Below are positions 36,731 to 51,300 of a DNA stretch of 64,000 bases, piece by piece; within the stretch, counting starts at the first letter, position 1, and each line of letters opens with the position of its first letter. The stretch lies in the NCBI RefSeq assembly GCF_009914755.1, contig NC_060942.1. One strand, 5' to 3'. The notes beneath the pieces were generated by a model. It saw nothing but the letters and a program-made list of their open reading frames with translations, was not told the origin of the DNA and made no database searches. Made by a program: the position numbers and the translations under genes. The DNA comes from the human T2T-CHM13v2.0 reference genome, Homo sapiens.

Positions 36731-37205
36731 CATAACATATCTCATAAGTTCTAACTTAACCAAGTTTTGAAGTCATAGCTAAAAATCCTCAATTCCTCTT
36801 TGCAGGAAGTTTGCTAACTCCCTACCTCAAGTAAATACCTCAATACTTTCCTTATTAGGTTGTAGCATTCCTGGGATATAATACACACATACCCAGCTCC
36901 AAGAGGCTCCCCAGATATCTAGGGGATCCAGGAACAGCCCTTTCTCAAGTGGGCCCAGAGAATTACTGAAAGTACTCAACTGGAAGTCAGTGAAACCTAA
37001 CTAACCCCACCATACTTACCATACGTAAGCCTCCTTAGACAGTTCCAGCTTTCTGTTCCTCTGTTCCTAGATGCCATATCTTGTGTGGCCCTGGATGGCA
37101 GCCTTCTTTTCATTTGGAAATTACCAAGAGTTCTGCCTTTCATCTATTCAAGTGTTTCTGAGTTGTGTGCCCATCACTGAAAGAATCTGTAAATCTTCTG
37201 AAACA
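36731..37205 (+). mobile_element. Probable old ERVL-class LTR (subfamily unassigned)
   Basis: About 475-bp block with LTR-like composition (gcattcctgggatata, gtgtggccctg, ttctgcctttcatct) ending ...aaaca. Confidence 0.4.
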
Positions 37206-37660
37206 AGGTAAAAACTGGATATATAAACATGAGAATTTCTGGCACCAAACATGATATTTGGTACATTATAAGAAATAATTTAGAAAAGCTAGCAACTTCA
37301 CTTTAGCGTTGCAATGTTGCTTTGATTCAGCCCTGAATAGCTGGATGGTTGATATCACTTGAATCTTCTACTTAAGCGGCATATCCTGGCCTTGTGATAT
37401 GCACACCAGTTTGGGGACTTCAAGGTGACTATTGACATCATTGCTATTTCACCCCTGATGATTCTGCTGCCACAGGGGAAAGCGTGATGGGAAAATCATA
37501 GGATTTGCTAACATGAGTGATAAGGATCAGAAGATCAAGCTGTAGATCTCTGTGTATTTAAAGGAATACCAGCCAGGCTCAAGTGAAGGAAATCAATTAC
37601 AAAACATGTAGTAGATGGACTGATAACCACAGGTAGAGCCCCTTGGTAAAATGTTAACTG

Positions 37661-37661
<1 letters not shown>

Positions 37662-37701
<40 letters not shown>
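37662..37701. repeat. (CA)20 microsatellite
   Basis: Directly visible. Confidence 0.97.
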
Positions 37702-37702
<1 letters not shown>

Positions 37703-40449
37703 TAAACGAAGGATCTGGTGCCTTTAAATTCAGAATTATGAAAAGAGAAGTCTTGGAAGTAGTAAATTTCCAGTACTGTATCCCACTAAAAGACCTAGAC
37801 AAGGAGGAATTCCTCTTTTCTAACCCCCATCCACATCTAGCACACAAAATCTTCACTTCCATACACAACATACTCATACCAGCCTCAGATTTGTCTTTTA
37901 CTTTCTCTCCAATCATAGAGACACAAGATTCCTTGCAACAGTTCGTCCTCTTCAGGCCAGTGAGCTGTTGACAACATAGGCTCCAGAGGAATTGCAGTCA
38001 GATGGTCTACATGTCTTGTTTGTCATACCCAGAAATGTTGGATATATTAATGCTTCTATTTAGATTAATGTGTGGCCCTGCTATTAGCTAATTTACCCAC
38101 GGGCCTTTGGTCCACTTGTATTTTTTTTCTATGCTATGCATGGAGTAATTAGTTCTATCAGTTAATTGATGGATGTGCCATACCATTTCAAACCCTTCTC
38201 TCTCTTTTATGTTTATTCATATCTTGCCAATAATTTGAAACAAAACAACCATATTTTTTTCCTTCACAGGACTTAGTTGTCCATATTAGGATGATTTTAC
38301 CTTTCTCAACTTTGACCTTTAAATGCAGAGAAATATTTTCCTAACTTTATGCAAGAAGAGGCCATAAGGAAAGGGGAACCTGACGTAGTCCTTGTCCATA
38401 AGGCATTCATAGAGGTTGGAAGCTAAGAAGAAATAAAATGGATTATGAGAGGATGGGTGACTTCAAAGGATTCCTAGACAAATACTCCAAATAGTAATTG
38501 GACAATATCATCTTCCAGTTTTTGGAACTGATCTTGGCTTTTAAGAAGTGCGTGTTTCCAGCCTTTGGCCACTGTATGATAAAAGATGATTGTGTGCTAT
38601 AATTTCATTTGGATAACAAACCTCAGAGGAATCTTACATCACAAAATAGCTTCCTTGGCACAGAGTCTTCCCAATACACTCTTTTCTATCTCTGGGTCTC
38701 CCAAGATGAGAAGCTCATGCAGAATGCCATTTTCATTCTTGCCTATGGCCATCTGGGGCCTCCCATGTTTTCTTCTATTTCCCTGCCTTTCCTTCACTTT
38801 GCCCTTTTCTCTTTGTCTTTCTTGCCTTTGTTCTTTTTCTCTGAGGACCACTCTGCCTGACTCTGATTTCTTTTGACTTTGAGTTTAATTTTCACTTTAC
38901 AAGACTCATTTCTCTCCTAATAATTCACATATGAAGATTGGAGAAATGGAAAAAAAATCCCATCAAGACTTGCTAATAAAGAGGCTGTTTATTCATTTCC
39001 CCCACAATGTTTCCACTTGCTTTAGAAAGTTGCATCTATTAGCAGGGCAGTCCTGTGACTTAGAGGAGAGATGTTTAAGGGAGAAAAATTAGCCATTACT
39101 CATTGGCAACATGCCTGCCCACATGCATTGGGATGTGATTGTGACAAGGGAATTAGAGAGACCCATTCACATTTCAAATGCTGCTCTTCTAAGTCTACAG
39201 CATTTGGACAAGAAAACTCACAACACTTTCAATTCTGTCTCTACAAATCTGTTATAATTTTCTAAATATCTGCTTGATATTGGGATTTGAGAGATGCCAC
39301 AATAAGTCTCTATAATTCCCATTCTGTACCTAATCATGGATTGGTAGAACTTTTTGGGATAGGGCAGACATTTTAATTTTTCAATTAGATGTAAGAGATC
39401 TGAACAGATTTGCCTGGAGGAGAAAACACATGGCCCTAAGTCTGTACTACGAAGCCAACATGTTACATTCAAATTCTTTCTATGAAAATTTTGCAAGAGT
39501 AGGGATAAGAATTTTTGAGAAAAATGTCTTGAAGAAAAAAAGAGGAAAATTGTTTGGTGAAACAGTCCTCAAATTCTATAAAATAAAGTCTTGCCATACT
39601 TCACAAATTTCCTAGCACAGGTCCTGAAAATCAAAGTGTTCTTATATATTATAAAAGTGCAATGCAATTTATGGAAATGCAATCAGAAGTATGCTTGTGG
39701 GCAATTATTCACATACACACTCATACACACATATTTTTTCCTATATACACAAGCACACTTTTTCAAATGTGTACACACATATACACAATCATGCTCACAT
39801 AGGAAAATGCAGGTCCTCAGATTTCGAATGAATTGCCAGAAGACTGGGCAGTGCTTATTAAATTTCCTTTGGCTTGGTTAGTGACAGGACTGTAATTCAT
39901 CAAAAGCAACTACTTATTTTGTAGGAAAATAAAATAATTATAAAACTCCCAAATTCTATATCTATTTCTTTGTGTTCTATATTCCATTTCTAATTGTTTC
40001 AGTTAACATAGAAAAATAATGGTTCTTCCTGTTTTTGAATGTTCCTAATACATTTTTGAAAGATAACCATTATATTTCCCTGAACTCTTTTCTGTTTCTG
40101 TTTTGTCTAAAATATTTTGTCCTTCTAGCTTGAAATACTAATAACATATCTCAACAATGAGTAAAAGTCATATATAGATGAAGAACACTATACTGGTGAG
40201 CTCAGATCTTATTGGTAGTGAGGAGAAATTTTCCATTTTATGGCAAATACAATATTCTCTAAGAATTTCTTGGCATATGACCTTTCTTTCACATTCTTTT
40301 CTTCTGCTCTCAGTTTTATGTGGGTATTGGGATATTTAGTCAAGACCTTTGTCTCACCTTGTGCTAGACTTTACTTCACTGCTATTGCCTTTGGGGAAGT
40401 GAAACTATTCTGTAAGATACTGCAGTGTTGGATATGATATTATAATTGT

Positions 40450-40740
40450 GAAATAAATATATAATATATATGTATTATATAGCTATATTCATTAATTATG
40501 CTGTATATGTATTTATGTATACATACATATATACCTATATACATTGACTATATATGTGTATATATATTCACATAATTGCCTATATGCACAATATATATGT
40601 ATATATGGCTATATATACATATATGCCTATATATACCTATATATACATGTATACTTATATACATGGAATATATAGACATATATAGGTATATATATTTATA
40701 TATGCATATGTGTCGTAGTCATTGCATATACATACAAATA
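40450..40740. repeat. Degenerate (TA)n/(TATG)n low-complexity tract
   Basis: Directly visible. Confidence 0.9.
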
Positions 40741-40957
40741 GTCCATGTGTGGATTACATGACTTTGATGAGATACACACATTGAGAACTTCCCAGTGTGG
40801 ATGAATAGATTTTAACTTCCAGCACAATAATTTGACAATTATAATGTCATATTTGTCATTGTAGTATCATATGGAATAGTTTCTCTGTCCTAAATAAATA
40901 AATAAATAAATACATGTAAATGTAAAACTTTTGTAAGAAATAAAGACTATTAATTTA

Positions 40958-43373
40958 GTACCAAAATCACATCTGGTACAGTGGCTGCAATTGGAATTAC
41001 TGCCTAGTTAAGCTTACAATGATCCACTGCAATTCTCCAAGGTCCCTCTGTCTTCTGCACAGCCCAGATAGGCCAGTTGAATGGGGATGTGGTGGGAATT
41101 ATCACTCCTGCATCCTTAAAGTCTTTGATGGTGGCAGAGATCACTGCATTTCTTCGAGGAATGTGGTATTGCCTTTGGTTACTATTTTCCTGGGCAGAGA
41201 CAATTCTAATTATTTCCATTTAATAATTCCTACCAGAATAGCCCTCCCTCCACAGTTCAGGAAACCAACGTGGGGATTCTGTTAACTGCTGAGTGTATCT
41301 ATTTTCATTACACATTCCAGAACTGGGGAAATAACCACAGGATGGGCTTGAGGACCTATTGGGGCCACTGTCAGATAGACCTGAATTAAAACTCCATTAA
41401 TCATCTGACCTCCATAAGCTCCTCCTCTGATGGGCCATAGTCATGCTTTGGATCTCCAGGAATTAGTGTCAAAGCAGAGCCTGTGTCCAGTAGTCCCTGA
41501 AAAGTCCAGTCGTTTCCTATTCCTGAATGCATAGTTATCCTGGTAAAAGGTTATAGGCTTCTTTGAAGAAGGCTGGGACATGTGTTAACAGTACACAATT
41601 TTGGTGGTGTGGTAGATATCTCCTTAAGGGGACAGGCCTCTCCTTCATTCATGGGGTTCTGGATCTGTAAACTGGCTCAATTCTGGAACTTGATTGATGG
41701 GCTGTAACTCTGTGTTTATGATTGAGGTTAGACTTTTATTCATTTGACTTAGGAATTTTGTCCTTATACAGATCATGTAAAAATTTAGTAGACTTCCTAT
41801 ATGTTTTACTTCTAGGGAAACTGTGACCAACTAGCTAAAGCCATAAGTCTGCAAGAGTTAGACTGTTAGGATTGCTGTTTTGACTCTGCTGCCCATTATA
41901 ATAAGCATGCCTATCTTGCCTTCAGCAGTTGAATGCCACCCATTGGCTTCTACCACCCCATGATCCAGGAACTCCCATTGCATTTAGGTTTTTCAGTTCA
42001 GTGACTGCTGTTCCCAATTCCCACTGTAAGGTCTAGCCTATAGGGAAGAGCAATTACAGATCTCTTCATGATTGCCAGGCTTCTCTCTAAAATTTATTTC
42101 TTATAATTTTGGTGAAAGGCATGTCTACCTGACCTTCCCAGTGTGGGTGAATAGATTTAAACTTCCAATCTCCCTAAAAGCCTTTGAATCCCTTTCTCTA
42201 CATCAAAACAAGGCAAAGCATGCATTTCCAACTTACTCAATGTTGGTAACCTTTTTGTCCAGCAAACCAACCAAACTTAGAGTCCTTTCTAGCTCCAGAG
42301 CTACAAAATTAAATGCAAAATTTCTCAGTATTTACTGAGCCCATACCAATAAATTAAGCCTGATCCAACTTTACATTCCTTCAACCATTGGCCCACACTT
42401 TTAGCATCCATTCCTACACATGTACCCATATTTCTGTTTGTATAAATTAGAAAACTCAAGTAGTTATTTTGGAGTGTAATATACTTCCTCATGGCTCACA
42501 CTCTGTACCTCATCCTTAGGGTTTTTCTGTAAAGTAAAGAGGGGTGGTAAAGGTGGATCCTGATGAAAATAAGCATTTCCTTGCTTCATAACTGTCTCAG
42601 GAGGTGGTGGTGGGGATTACAGTCTTCTCAAAAAATGCAGGGTTAATCCTCTGAAATGTAGGTGAAAAAGCAGACATGATCGGGATGGGAGTGCTGCTGC
42701 CTTTGGGGGTAGAGAAGCCTCTTTCACTGGGGATTGAGAGACCTCTTTCACTGCAAAAGAAGACTCATCAGTATCTAGGAGCTCAAGGTCCCCAGCTTCA
42801 TTAGGGTTGTTCCACACATCCTCATTCCAACTTATAGGGTCTCATTCTTTCCCAATTCATACACTCACTGTAACAGTGGATACCTTACAAAGCTGGAAGT
42901 TCAACTTGAGTTTTAACTCAAGCAGTTGCAAAATGAGATTCTGCACCTGATTTTCAGCAATCTTGGCTCTGAGGCTATGGGAAATAAGTGTCTCCTTCAT
43001 GGCACACATAGAAGTCTTCAGGACATTTATGTGACCCTTGCACTGAGAATTCAAATACCTGAGGTCATCTATTTCTTTTGCTACTTTGTCCAAGAACTTT
43101 AGGCATAATCAGTCACCATATTATATTCTCTAATTTCCCCAAAATGTTTGAAAGTGTCGTATACATAGTGTCCTTGATTAGGTGCATCCAATAGTGATAT
43201 TTTGTTTATCTTTATTGCATATTCACATCAGTTCTCTCTTTCCTACTGGAAATAAAGTCATTCTATTTTTAAATCTAATTTTATTAAAGAGAAAATTTAA
43301 GAAACCCTAGAAACAATTCAGAAACTTATTCTTAAAATATTGTTCCTCTAGAACCACTCCCATTATCAAAGTT
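40958..43373 (-). mobile_element. ERV-L internal region (decayed gag, protease, start of RT), 3'-truncated
   Basis: The minus strand encodes a gag-like ...AKIAENQVQNLILQLLEL, the protease motif FQGLLDTGSALTLIPGDPK (~41447-41506) and the RT N-terminus KDAGVIIPTTSPFNWPIWAVQKTEGPWRIAVDHCKLN. Many stops and frameshifts. Confidence 0.92.
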
Positions 43374-43900
43374 TGTATTAGTCAGGGTCTTCAGAGAAAC
43401 AGAAGCAATAGGATATATAGATAACAGATAGACAGATGCATAGTTGATAAATGGTAGAGATTTACTATAAAGTATTGACTTGCTTTATTATGGAGTCTGA
43501 GAAGTCCCATGATATGCTGTCTCTTATTTGGAGACCCAGGAATGCCAGCTGTGTAGTTCGAAGGTCTGAGAGCTGGAGAGCTGGTGGTGTTTTCAGTCTG
43601 AGTCTGAAGAAAGGCCTGAAAACCAGGAGTGCCAAGTGTGGGAGATGATTGATGTACCAACTCAAACAGTCAAGCAGAGAATGAATTCAACCTTTCTCCA
43701 CCTTTTTGTTTATTCAGTCTCTCAGTGGAGCGTCTGATGCTCATCTACATTGCAGAGGGCCATTTGTTTTACTCAGCCGTCAATCCAAGTGAGAATCTTT
43801 TCAGGAAACACTTTTACAAATGCAACCATAAATAAGGTTTAATCAGTTTTCTGGGCATCCTATGGCCCAGTCAAGTTGACACACAAAATTAACTATCACA
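43374..43900 (-). mobile_element. MLT2B-like LTR (5' LTR of the ERV-L)
   Basis: tgtattagtcagggtcttcagagaaacagaagcaatagga ... ggcccagtcaagttgacacacaaaattaactatcaca. Directly abuts the internal region. Confidence 0.92.
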
Positions 43901-46370
43901 TATACCAAATGATTGCACAAGAAAAACTCTCAATTGCTAATGATAATGCAATATTACACATCCACTTTGTTAAACAGTTTGGTAGTTGGTTGCAAACATA
44001 CACTTATTGTGTTACCTAATGATCATATTCTTAGATATTTTTTGAAGTGAATTGGAAACTTATGTATGTTCATACAAAAACCTGTATGTTAATGTTATAG
44101 CAGCTTTATTCATAATTGCCAAAACTGGAAACAACCCAAATGTTTTTCAACAGATGAAGTTTTAAACAAATGTGTTAACATCCATAAAATTAAATACTAC
44201 TCAGCAATTAAATGGAATAACCAACTGATTTGTATAATATGAATGAATTTTAAATGTATTTCATTACATGGACTAAGACAAATGCAAAAGATCAGTACTT
44301 TATTATTTACTTATATGACATTCTGGAAAAAGGAAAAATATTATAGGGCCAGAAAATAGATGAGTGTTTGGTAAAAGAGAACTGACTAAAAAGGGACTGT
44401 ATAAGACATTTTAAGGTGATGAAACATTTTTCCCCATAATGGTGGATATATAGCTATAAGCACTTATCAAATTCCATAAAGCAGTAGATATCAAAGATTG
44501 AATTTTTTAACATTGAAAAATAATTATCTGGATTGTCCAGAGATTCTAAGATGAAATATAGTCTGTGACAAATGAATTCAACTGTATTACAAAATATATA
44601 GCATAACATCACTGAAGGTGGTAGGTGAGAACTGATCTAAGTAACTTTGAAAAATAATGATTTGACTAAATACTGTAAGACTAAAGAGAAAAAGAACTAT
44701 ACAGAAACAATGTCCTCTAATTGGTAACTTTCTTTCTTACAGGAGTATGGGGTATGGCTTAGCAATTCTTAAACTATTTTACATAGATGCTATAGCTGAA
44801 CAAATAACTAAAGTGTAGATAATGAGAGCCACATTTGTCACTGTCAGAGATAAAAGCAACTGAGAAGACTGAAATGAACTCTACTCTGATGGATCAGAGT
44901 TGGAGATGTCATGTGTGTGTATATACATATATATATATATAAATATAGAAATGTGTCTGTATATACACATGATATCTATGCATTATATGTGTGTGTATAT
45001 ACATATATATAGATGTGTCTGTATATACACACACACTATATATATAATGCATAGATACATATAGAAATGAGCATAGATATGTGTGTATGCATAGGTTAGT
45101 ATATATACATTTATTTCCTAGAAGCAGTGACACAATAGCCCAAGCACACTTAGCACCCTGTTCTTGGTGTCTAATACCATTCTTCAACAATGAGAACCAC
45201 GGCTGCTTGGAGAAATGACTGATTCTAGGTCTGGAATAAGAAAAGTACAGATGTGTCTGGCTGGGTGTATCTTGTAATGAAAATAAGAAAGTACACACAA
45301 ACACACAAATATATTGAGGCATAGCAAAATGATATTCTAGAATCCAATAAACTGAAAGTGCTGCCAAGTGCCAAAGCAGAAAAAATTTGAGAAACAACAA
45401 CAAAAATGATTACATTGGATATAACCCAAAGTATAAAATAAATATCCACAATATGAATACACAAACATGTACATGAGAATATATATATATATATATTAGA
45501 ATGAACAAATATATGGATATGAGAATGGACAAATCTTCCTTAAATAACCCCTTACAGGAATGAGGGAAATAGAAAAATATTATTTAAGTTCCAAAATAAT
45601 AACTATTGCAGGGAAAATACACTGCTAAAATTAGTGGGTGAAATTTTAAGGAAGTACGGTAGAAGTACAGCCTCAAAGTATCACCCCAAACATATTGATT
45701 AATTATAGGGGTGATTTTAACATATGTCCCCAAATTATTTGATATTCCTACATTTGGGATGTTGAGTTTAATTTCTCCATCCATTGTGTGTTGGCTGGAT
45801 TTAGTGATTGACTTTTAATGAATAGTATCAGAAAATTAAAAAATAATGTAACTTTACAGTAGAGAATTTCACAGTGGCAAACACCACCCTAATCACGTGA
45901 TCAAGTTTATCATCGAGTAATGTCTTGTTAATATCATGTTCCCTCTGATATGATGTGATGGGGAGGGCATTTTACCTCTGGTATTCTTCCTTAGTAGCCA
46001 TAACTTAAGAGAAACATACAAGTTAAAAGTGAGAGATACTCTTTAAGTTCCAAGGTCATGAAAAAGGGGAAAAGGCTAAAAAACTGTCAAAGCAGAGGAG
46101 TCTGAGGAGACATAAAAATTAAATGAAAAGTTTTATCCTGTTTTGAATTTTAAAACAGAAAAAAATTAATGTATGAACTGGTGAAATCTGAATAAAGTTT
46201 TGGTTTAGTTAATACAATTTTAGCAACGTTGACTTCTCAGATTTAATATTTAATAAATATATCATGCAAGATAAGTTAAATTTGTGGAAGCTGGGTGAAG
46301 GGTATATGGGATCTCACTGGACTATTTTTGCAAATCTTCTATATTTCAAGACAAAAATTATAAAAGCAAA
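43901..46370 (+). mobile_element. L1MC-like 3' region (sense) with embedded (TA/CA)n tract at ~44910-45110
   Basis: cagctttattcataattgccaaaactggaaacaacccaaatgt, tatatgacattctggaaaa, gtgaaatctgaataaagt, gggtgaagggtatatggga. Confidence 0.8.
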
Positions 46371-48080
46371 TTTGTGCTTTTCTCCTGTTTTTCTCTACTC
46401 TGAAACACTGTGTTAGTAAATCATTTTGGCCTGATATTTCTTTATAAGAAGATTTTTATATGCTGCTTTATTTTACTCAATGGGTTGTTTCTTGTTTTTT
46501 TTTTGAGTCAATTTTGAAGCTTTGGTTTTTTAAAAAAATTGTCCATTTTTAAGTTTATTGAAATAAAGCTGTTCATAATATTCTCTTATTTATTGTTTAA
46601 TATTCACAATACTTTTCATTTCAACTGTTTAAAAGATAGATTATTTATTTGAGCATATGTTCTTTTTTGTTCGGTCTCCTTAGAGGTGTCTATGTTGTTA
46701 GTCTTTTAAAATACACACACATGACTATTTAGCTTTTCAGATAATCCTTGGTATATTGTTTTCCATTTAATTAATTTCTAAGTTTTTTAAAAATTTACTT
46801 TTTTTACTCTCTTTAGAAATATATATATTTTTTAACATGGATGATTATCTTATTAGTATTTTTTCTTTTGAAAATAAACATTTAAGGCTACACATTTCCA
46901 TATTTGGCCCTTCTTACTCATGGGATCCACATCTATGGATTTAACCAACTGTGGATCAAAAATATTTGAAAAAAAAATCATGTCTATACTGAACATGTAC
47001 AGGTTTTTTTTCTTGTGATTCCCTAAACAAGATAGCATAACAGTGATTTTTATAGCATTTATATTGTAGTAGGTGTTGTAAGTAATCTAGATATAATCTA
47101 AAGGATTTGGGAGGATATGCATAGATTACATGCAAATATTACACTTTTTATATAAGGAATCTGAGCATCCACAGATTTTGGTATGAAGGGTCAGGGGTTG
47201 TCCTGGAACTAATCCTCCATGGGTACTAAGGAATAACTACTAATTGGTATTAGTAATTGTATCTCATAATTTTAGGGTATGCGGATAGCTGATAAACATC
47301 TTACAGTCTTCATTATTATTCCTTTTGGATCCTTGACTTATTTTAAGTGTGTTTCTTAGTTTTCAAATATATGTGGTTTTTCCACTTAGTTTTCTTATTG
47401 ATTTGTAAGTTAAGTGCATTGTGGCAATGAACGTGGTTTTTATTATATCAATAATTCCAAATTTGTTGAAACTTGCTTCACAGCCAAGTATGTGGTTAAC
47501 GTGTGCTTCAGAAATACATGTTTTCTGAGGTTACTGGGTGTGTGGTTCTATATATGCTCCTTAGATCAATCTTGCTAATGTGTTATTCAAATCCTCTCTA
47601 TCCTTTTTGATTGATCTATTAATTACAGAATGTATTGCATTAAAATAGCCTACCACAGTTTTTAATATTTCTTCTATTAATATTCGAGTTTATGTTACTA
47701 TCCTTATGGATGTTTAGAATATTTTTCTTCCTTTGTGAATTGATGATATATAAATTCTCTTACTTTGCCTGTGCATCTATATCATCTGATATTATTGCCA
47801 CACAGTCTTTTCTCCTTTAACTTTCTCCTTCTCTTTGCCCACATGATATGTGAATGTCTGTTTTAAATCACATACAAATAGATCTTCCTCTCATCTTAAC
47901 TATAAAACAGTCTATTTAAATTTATTTTAAATACTAATTTGTTTATGTAAATATATTTTTACTATTTATGCCATAATTTCTATATTATTTCTTCTCGCTG
48001 TTAGTGTTTTTTTTAAATATTGATTATTTAACTCCAAAAATTTTGAAGTTATATGCTGTAGTTACATTCTTTATATTTTT
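46370..48080 (-). mobile_element. Old L1ME-like ORF2 relic (antisense), split by MER2
   Basis: aaagctgttcataatattctcttatt, gcatttaaggcta-like, gcattgtggc, ttattcaaatcctct motifs. Confidence 0.6.
46901..47239 (+). mobile_element. MER2 (TcMar-Tigger MITE), near full length
   Basis: tggatttaaccaactgtggatcaaaaatattt...ctgaacatgtacag...agtaatctaga...gagcatccacagattttggtat...tcctggaactaatcctccatgggtactaaggaataact, with degenerate terminal inverted repeats. Confidence 0.85.
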
Positions 48081-48084
48081 CAGG

Positions 48085-48345
48085 TCAAAAATTCTTATCA
48101 CAATGGAATAAAACTAGAAACCAATAATGCAGGGAAAACTGGAAAATTCATCAATATGTGGAAATTAAAGAACACAGTCTACAATCATCACTGAGTCAAA
48201 GAAGAAATTACAAGGGAAATTATAAAATACCTTGGGACAAATGACAATAAAAATACAGATACCAAAACTTATAGGATACCATAGAAAAAGTTCTGAGAAG
48301 GAAATATATAGCTGTGAACACCAACATTCCAAAAGAAGATCTCAG
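48085..48345 (+). mobile_element. L1 ORF2 fragment (post-EN region)
   Basis: cacaatggaataaaactagaaa...atgtggaaattaaa...gtcaaagaagaaatta...taccaaaacttataggata. Confidence 0.75.
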
Positions 48346-48349
48346 ACTT

Positions 48350-51300
48350 CAAGTCATTCGGAACCAAGCAACAAAGAACAGGATTCCTGTGTGTTGGGAA
48401 ATAAACATGGTGAACTTTATGATAATTCAGCTCATTGTCTGCAGAAAGCTTTGAGGACATAAAAAAAAGCGTAGGAATGAAGGTAGAGTCTGCTGAACTC
48501 TGAGTAGAGTTGATACAACCGGGAGTCTAGGAAGGACAAGTGTTTATAAGGCATAGTACCAGAAATGTGAGAGCTGTACACAGTTCCACAACTGCTGAAC
48601 GTCCCTCTCAAATCTTCAACTGAGTTGAGATCAGTACAGGCATATGAAGGAATTATCCAAGGCCAGAGAAAGAGCTACTACTATGGAAGTATTAGAGATA
48701 GCAGTTCCTGGAGCCGATACCAAGCTGATGATAGTTCTTTTTCCTTCTAGCCATAGAGAAAAACCTCATTATTCACAGGGTGTGAGGTAGAGGTCTCAAC
48801 AAAATTTTGCCTCAGTAGTGGGGCAAAATTAGTTCTAGAGATAATGCTGCTCTACTCTTGCCTAATAAAGCTTAAAAGCAAGAACTGAAATGATCAAACT
48901 GTTCTTAAGTAACTTAACTGCATCACAGAAAAAATTTTAAGAATGTTTATAGAAATTTTAAAATATCACTGTATTACTAAAAATTTTATAATACACACAA
49001 AGTATTATAAAATTCACATCTGGAAAAAAATAATATTACCAGGCATGGATGAAGCTGGAAAATATTATGCATAAAGAGGAGAAACATCAATCCATACAAA
49101 CAGGCCCAGAGGTGACAGAGATGATTGAATTTGTAGAAAGTTAATTTAGTCTTTTATAAATGTATTCCATATGTTCAAGAAGGTAGAACAAAGAGGAACA
49201 ATTAATCCTATAAGCAGATATGAAAATCATCTAAAAATGACCCAAATCAAATTTCTGCAGAGGAAAAGAGTAACATCTGAAACTCAAAATACAATGGATG
49301 GAATTAAAAGCAGATTAGATATTGCAGAAGAAAAAAAGTAATGAAGTTAAAATGTGGCAATAGAAACTTTCCAAAATTAAATAGAGAAAGTAAATATAAA
49401 AAAGAATCAAAAGCATCAGTGAGCTGTGGAACAACTGTGAGTGGCATATTATAATTAAAATCTCCTAACAGAGGAAAGACAAATAGTGACTGAACAAATA
49501 TTTGAATAAATAATGGCTGAAAATTTTCCAAACATATAAAAACTATATACCAATAGATTGAATAATATCAATGAACTCCAAGCACAATAAAAATGAAGAA
49601 AACTAGAGAAAGGCATATTGTGGTCAAATGGCTTAGAAACAAAGATAAAGGTAAATATTTAAAAATATCCAGAGAAGGCAGAAAAATTATGTACAGAGAA
49701 ACAAACATAAGAATGATAGCAGACTTCTTGCCCAAAACAATGCAAGCCAGAAGAAGGCAAAGCGTCACTAAAGAACTATAAAAAACAAACAAAAACAATG
49801 AAAGTCTAATTAGAATTCTACTACAACAAAAGTATCTTTTAAAAAGGATTGTGAAATACTGTTTTGAAACATACAATAGCTGTAAAAGTTCAAAACCAGC
49901 AAACATATACTACATGAATTACAAAATCAAGTTCTGCAGGCTAAGTAGGAAAATGATACCAGAAGGAAATATGGAAGGGCACTGGAAATAGTAACTGTGA
50001 GTATAAATACAATTACTTTTTCTCTTATTGTTTAAAACTCCTGAAAAAATACTTGACTGTTTAAAGCAAAAATAATAATACTTTTTGAGTTTATAACTTA
50101 TGTAAAAATAAAAGATGTAAGAGCACTTCAATAAATGCTTAGAAGGGAGAAATGAAAGTACACTATCAAAGATTTTGACACTGTATGTGAAGTTACTTCA
50201 AAAGTAAACTCTAATGAGTAATAATCATAATGTATAGACCTAAAAGCAACCATACAAACACCCCCAAATAGTTGTATCTAAGAAACAAACCAAGGAGATA
50301 AAATGGAATCATAAATAATACTCATGTAATTCAAAATGATACACAAGAGGAAATATTGGACAAAAAACCAGATGAGACAAATATAAAACCAATAAGAAGA
50401 TTTTAAATTTGAATCTAACTATATAACAATTAAACATAAATGATCTAAACACCCCATGAAAACACAAAGCTTATCTCTCAATAACTGAATAAATAACAGA
50501 GAGAAAATTAGTACTGTTATAGAATATTTGATTAATATTATCAACCACTTGGACATAATTGATATCTATAGAACAATCTATCCAACAGCAATATAATATA
50601 TATCCATTTTAAGCACACACAGAATACTTATTAAAATAGGCAATATTCTGGGCATATTAAATTTAGTAATATTTATTAAAGATTTATTAAATTTAAAAGG
50701 CATAAATTACACAGATTATTTTCTGACTAAAGTGGAATTAAATTCAAAATTGATAAAATACATATATGGAAAGTGTACAAATATCTCCACAATATACAGC
50801 ACTTTTAAAATTATAAAATATTTTAAACTGAAGGAAAGCATATCAAAATTATTAAATACAGCTAAAGCAGTATTTTGAGGAAGACGTAAATTGTCAAATG
50901 CTTTATTAGAAGAGTCTCAAATTAATGATCTCAGCTTCTAGCTGAAAAAAATGAGATAGAAAACAAAGAAAACAATAATAAAAAAAGAAAGATCAGAGCT
51001 GAAATCAATGAAATGAAAAACAAAAAATATAGAAAATATAAGCAAAAGTTGAGTCTTAGAAAAAATTAATACAATGATATACTTTTAGTCACACTGATTA
51101 TCAAAAAATAAAGATACAAATTATTAAAATCAGAAATGAGAGAGGGAATATTATTAACTATTTTATGCCAGTATATTGTACAATTTAGAAGAAATGGACA
51201 AAGTTCTTGTAAAACACAAAGTACCAAACTTTGCTAAAGAAGAAATATATAATATTCTTAGCCTATGTTGCCCATGTAGAAAACTCCAGGCCCAGATAGC

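Noticed and set aside
41004-43093. ERV-L gag/pol ORFs as a domesticated gene
   Set aside because: Fragmented by stops and frameshifts; no ERV-L-sense ORF exceeds about 80 aa.
44909-45403. 164-aa minus-strand ORF with a hydrophobic N-terminus
   Set aside because: It reads antisense through an L1MC 3' region and a (TA/CA) microsatellite; low-complexity artefact.
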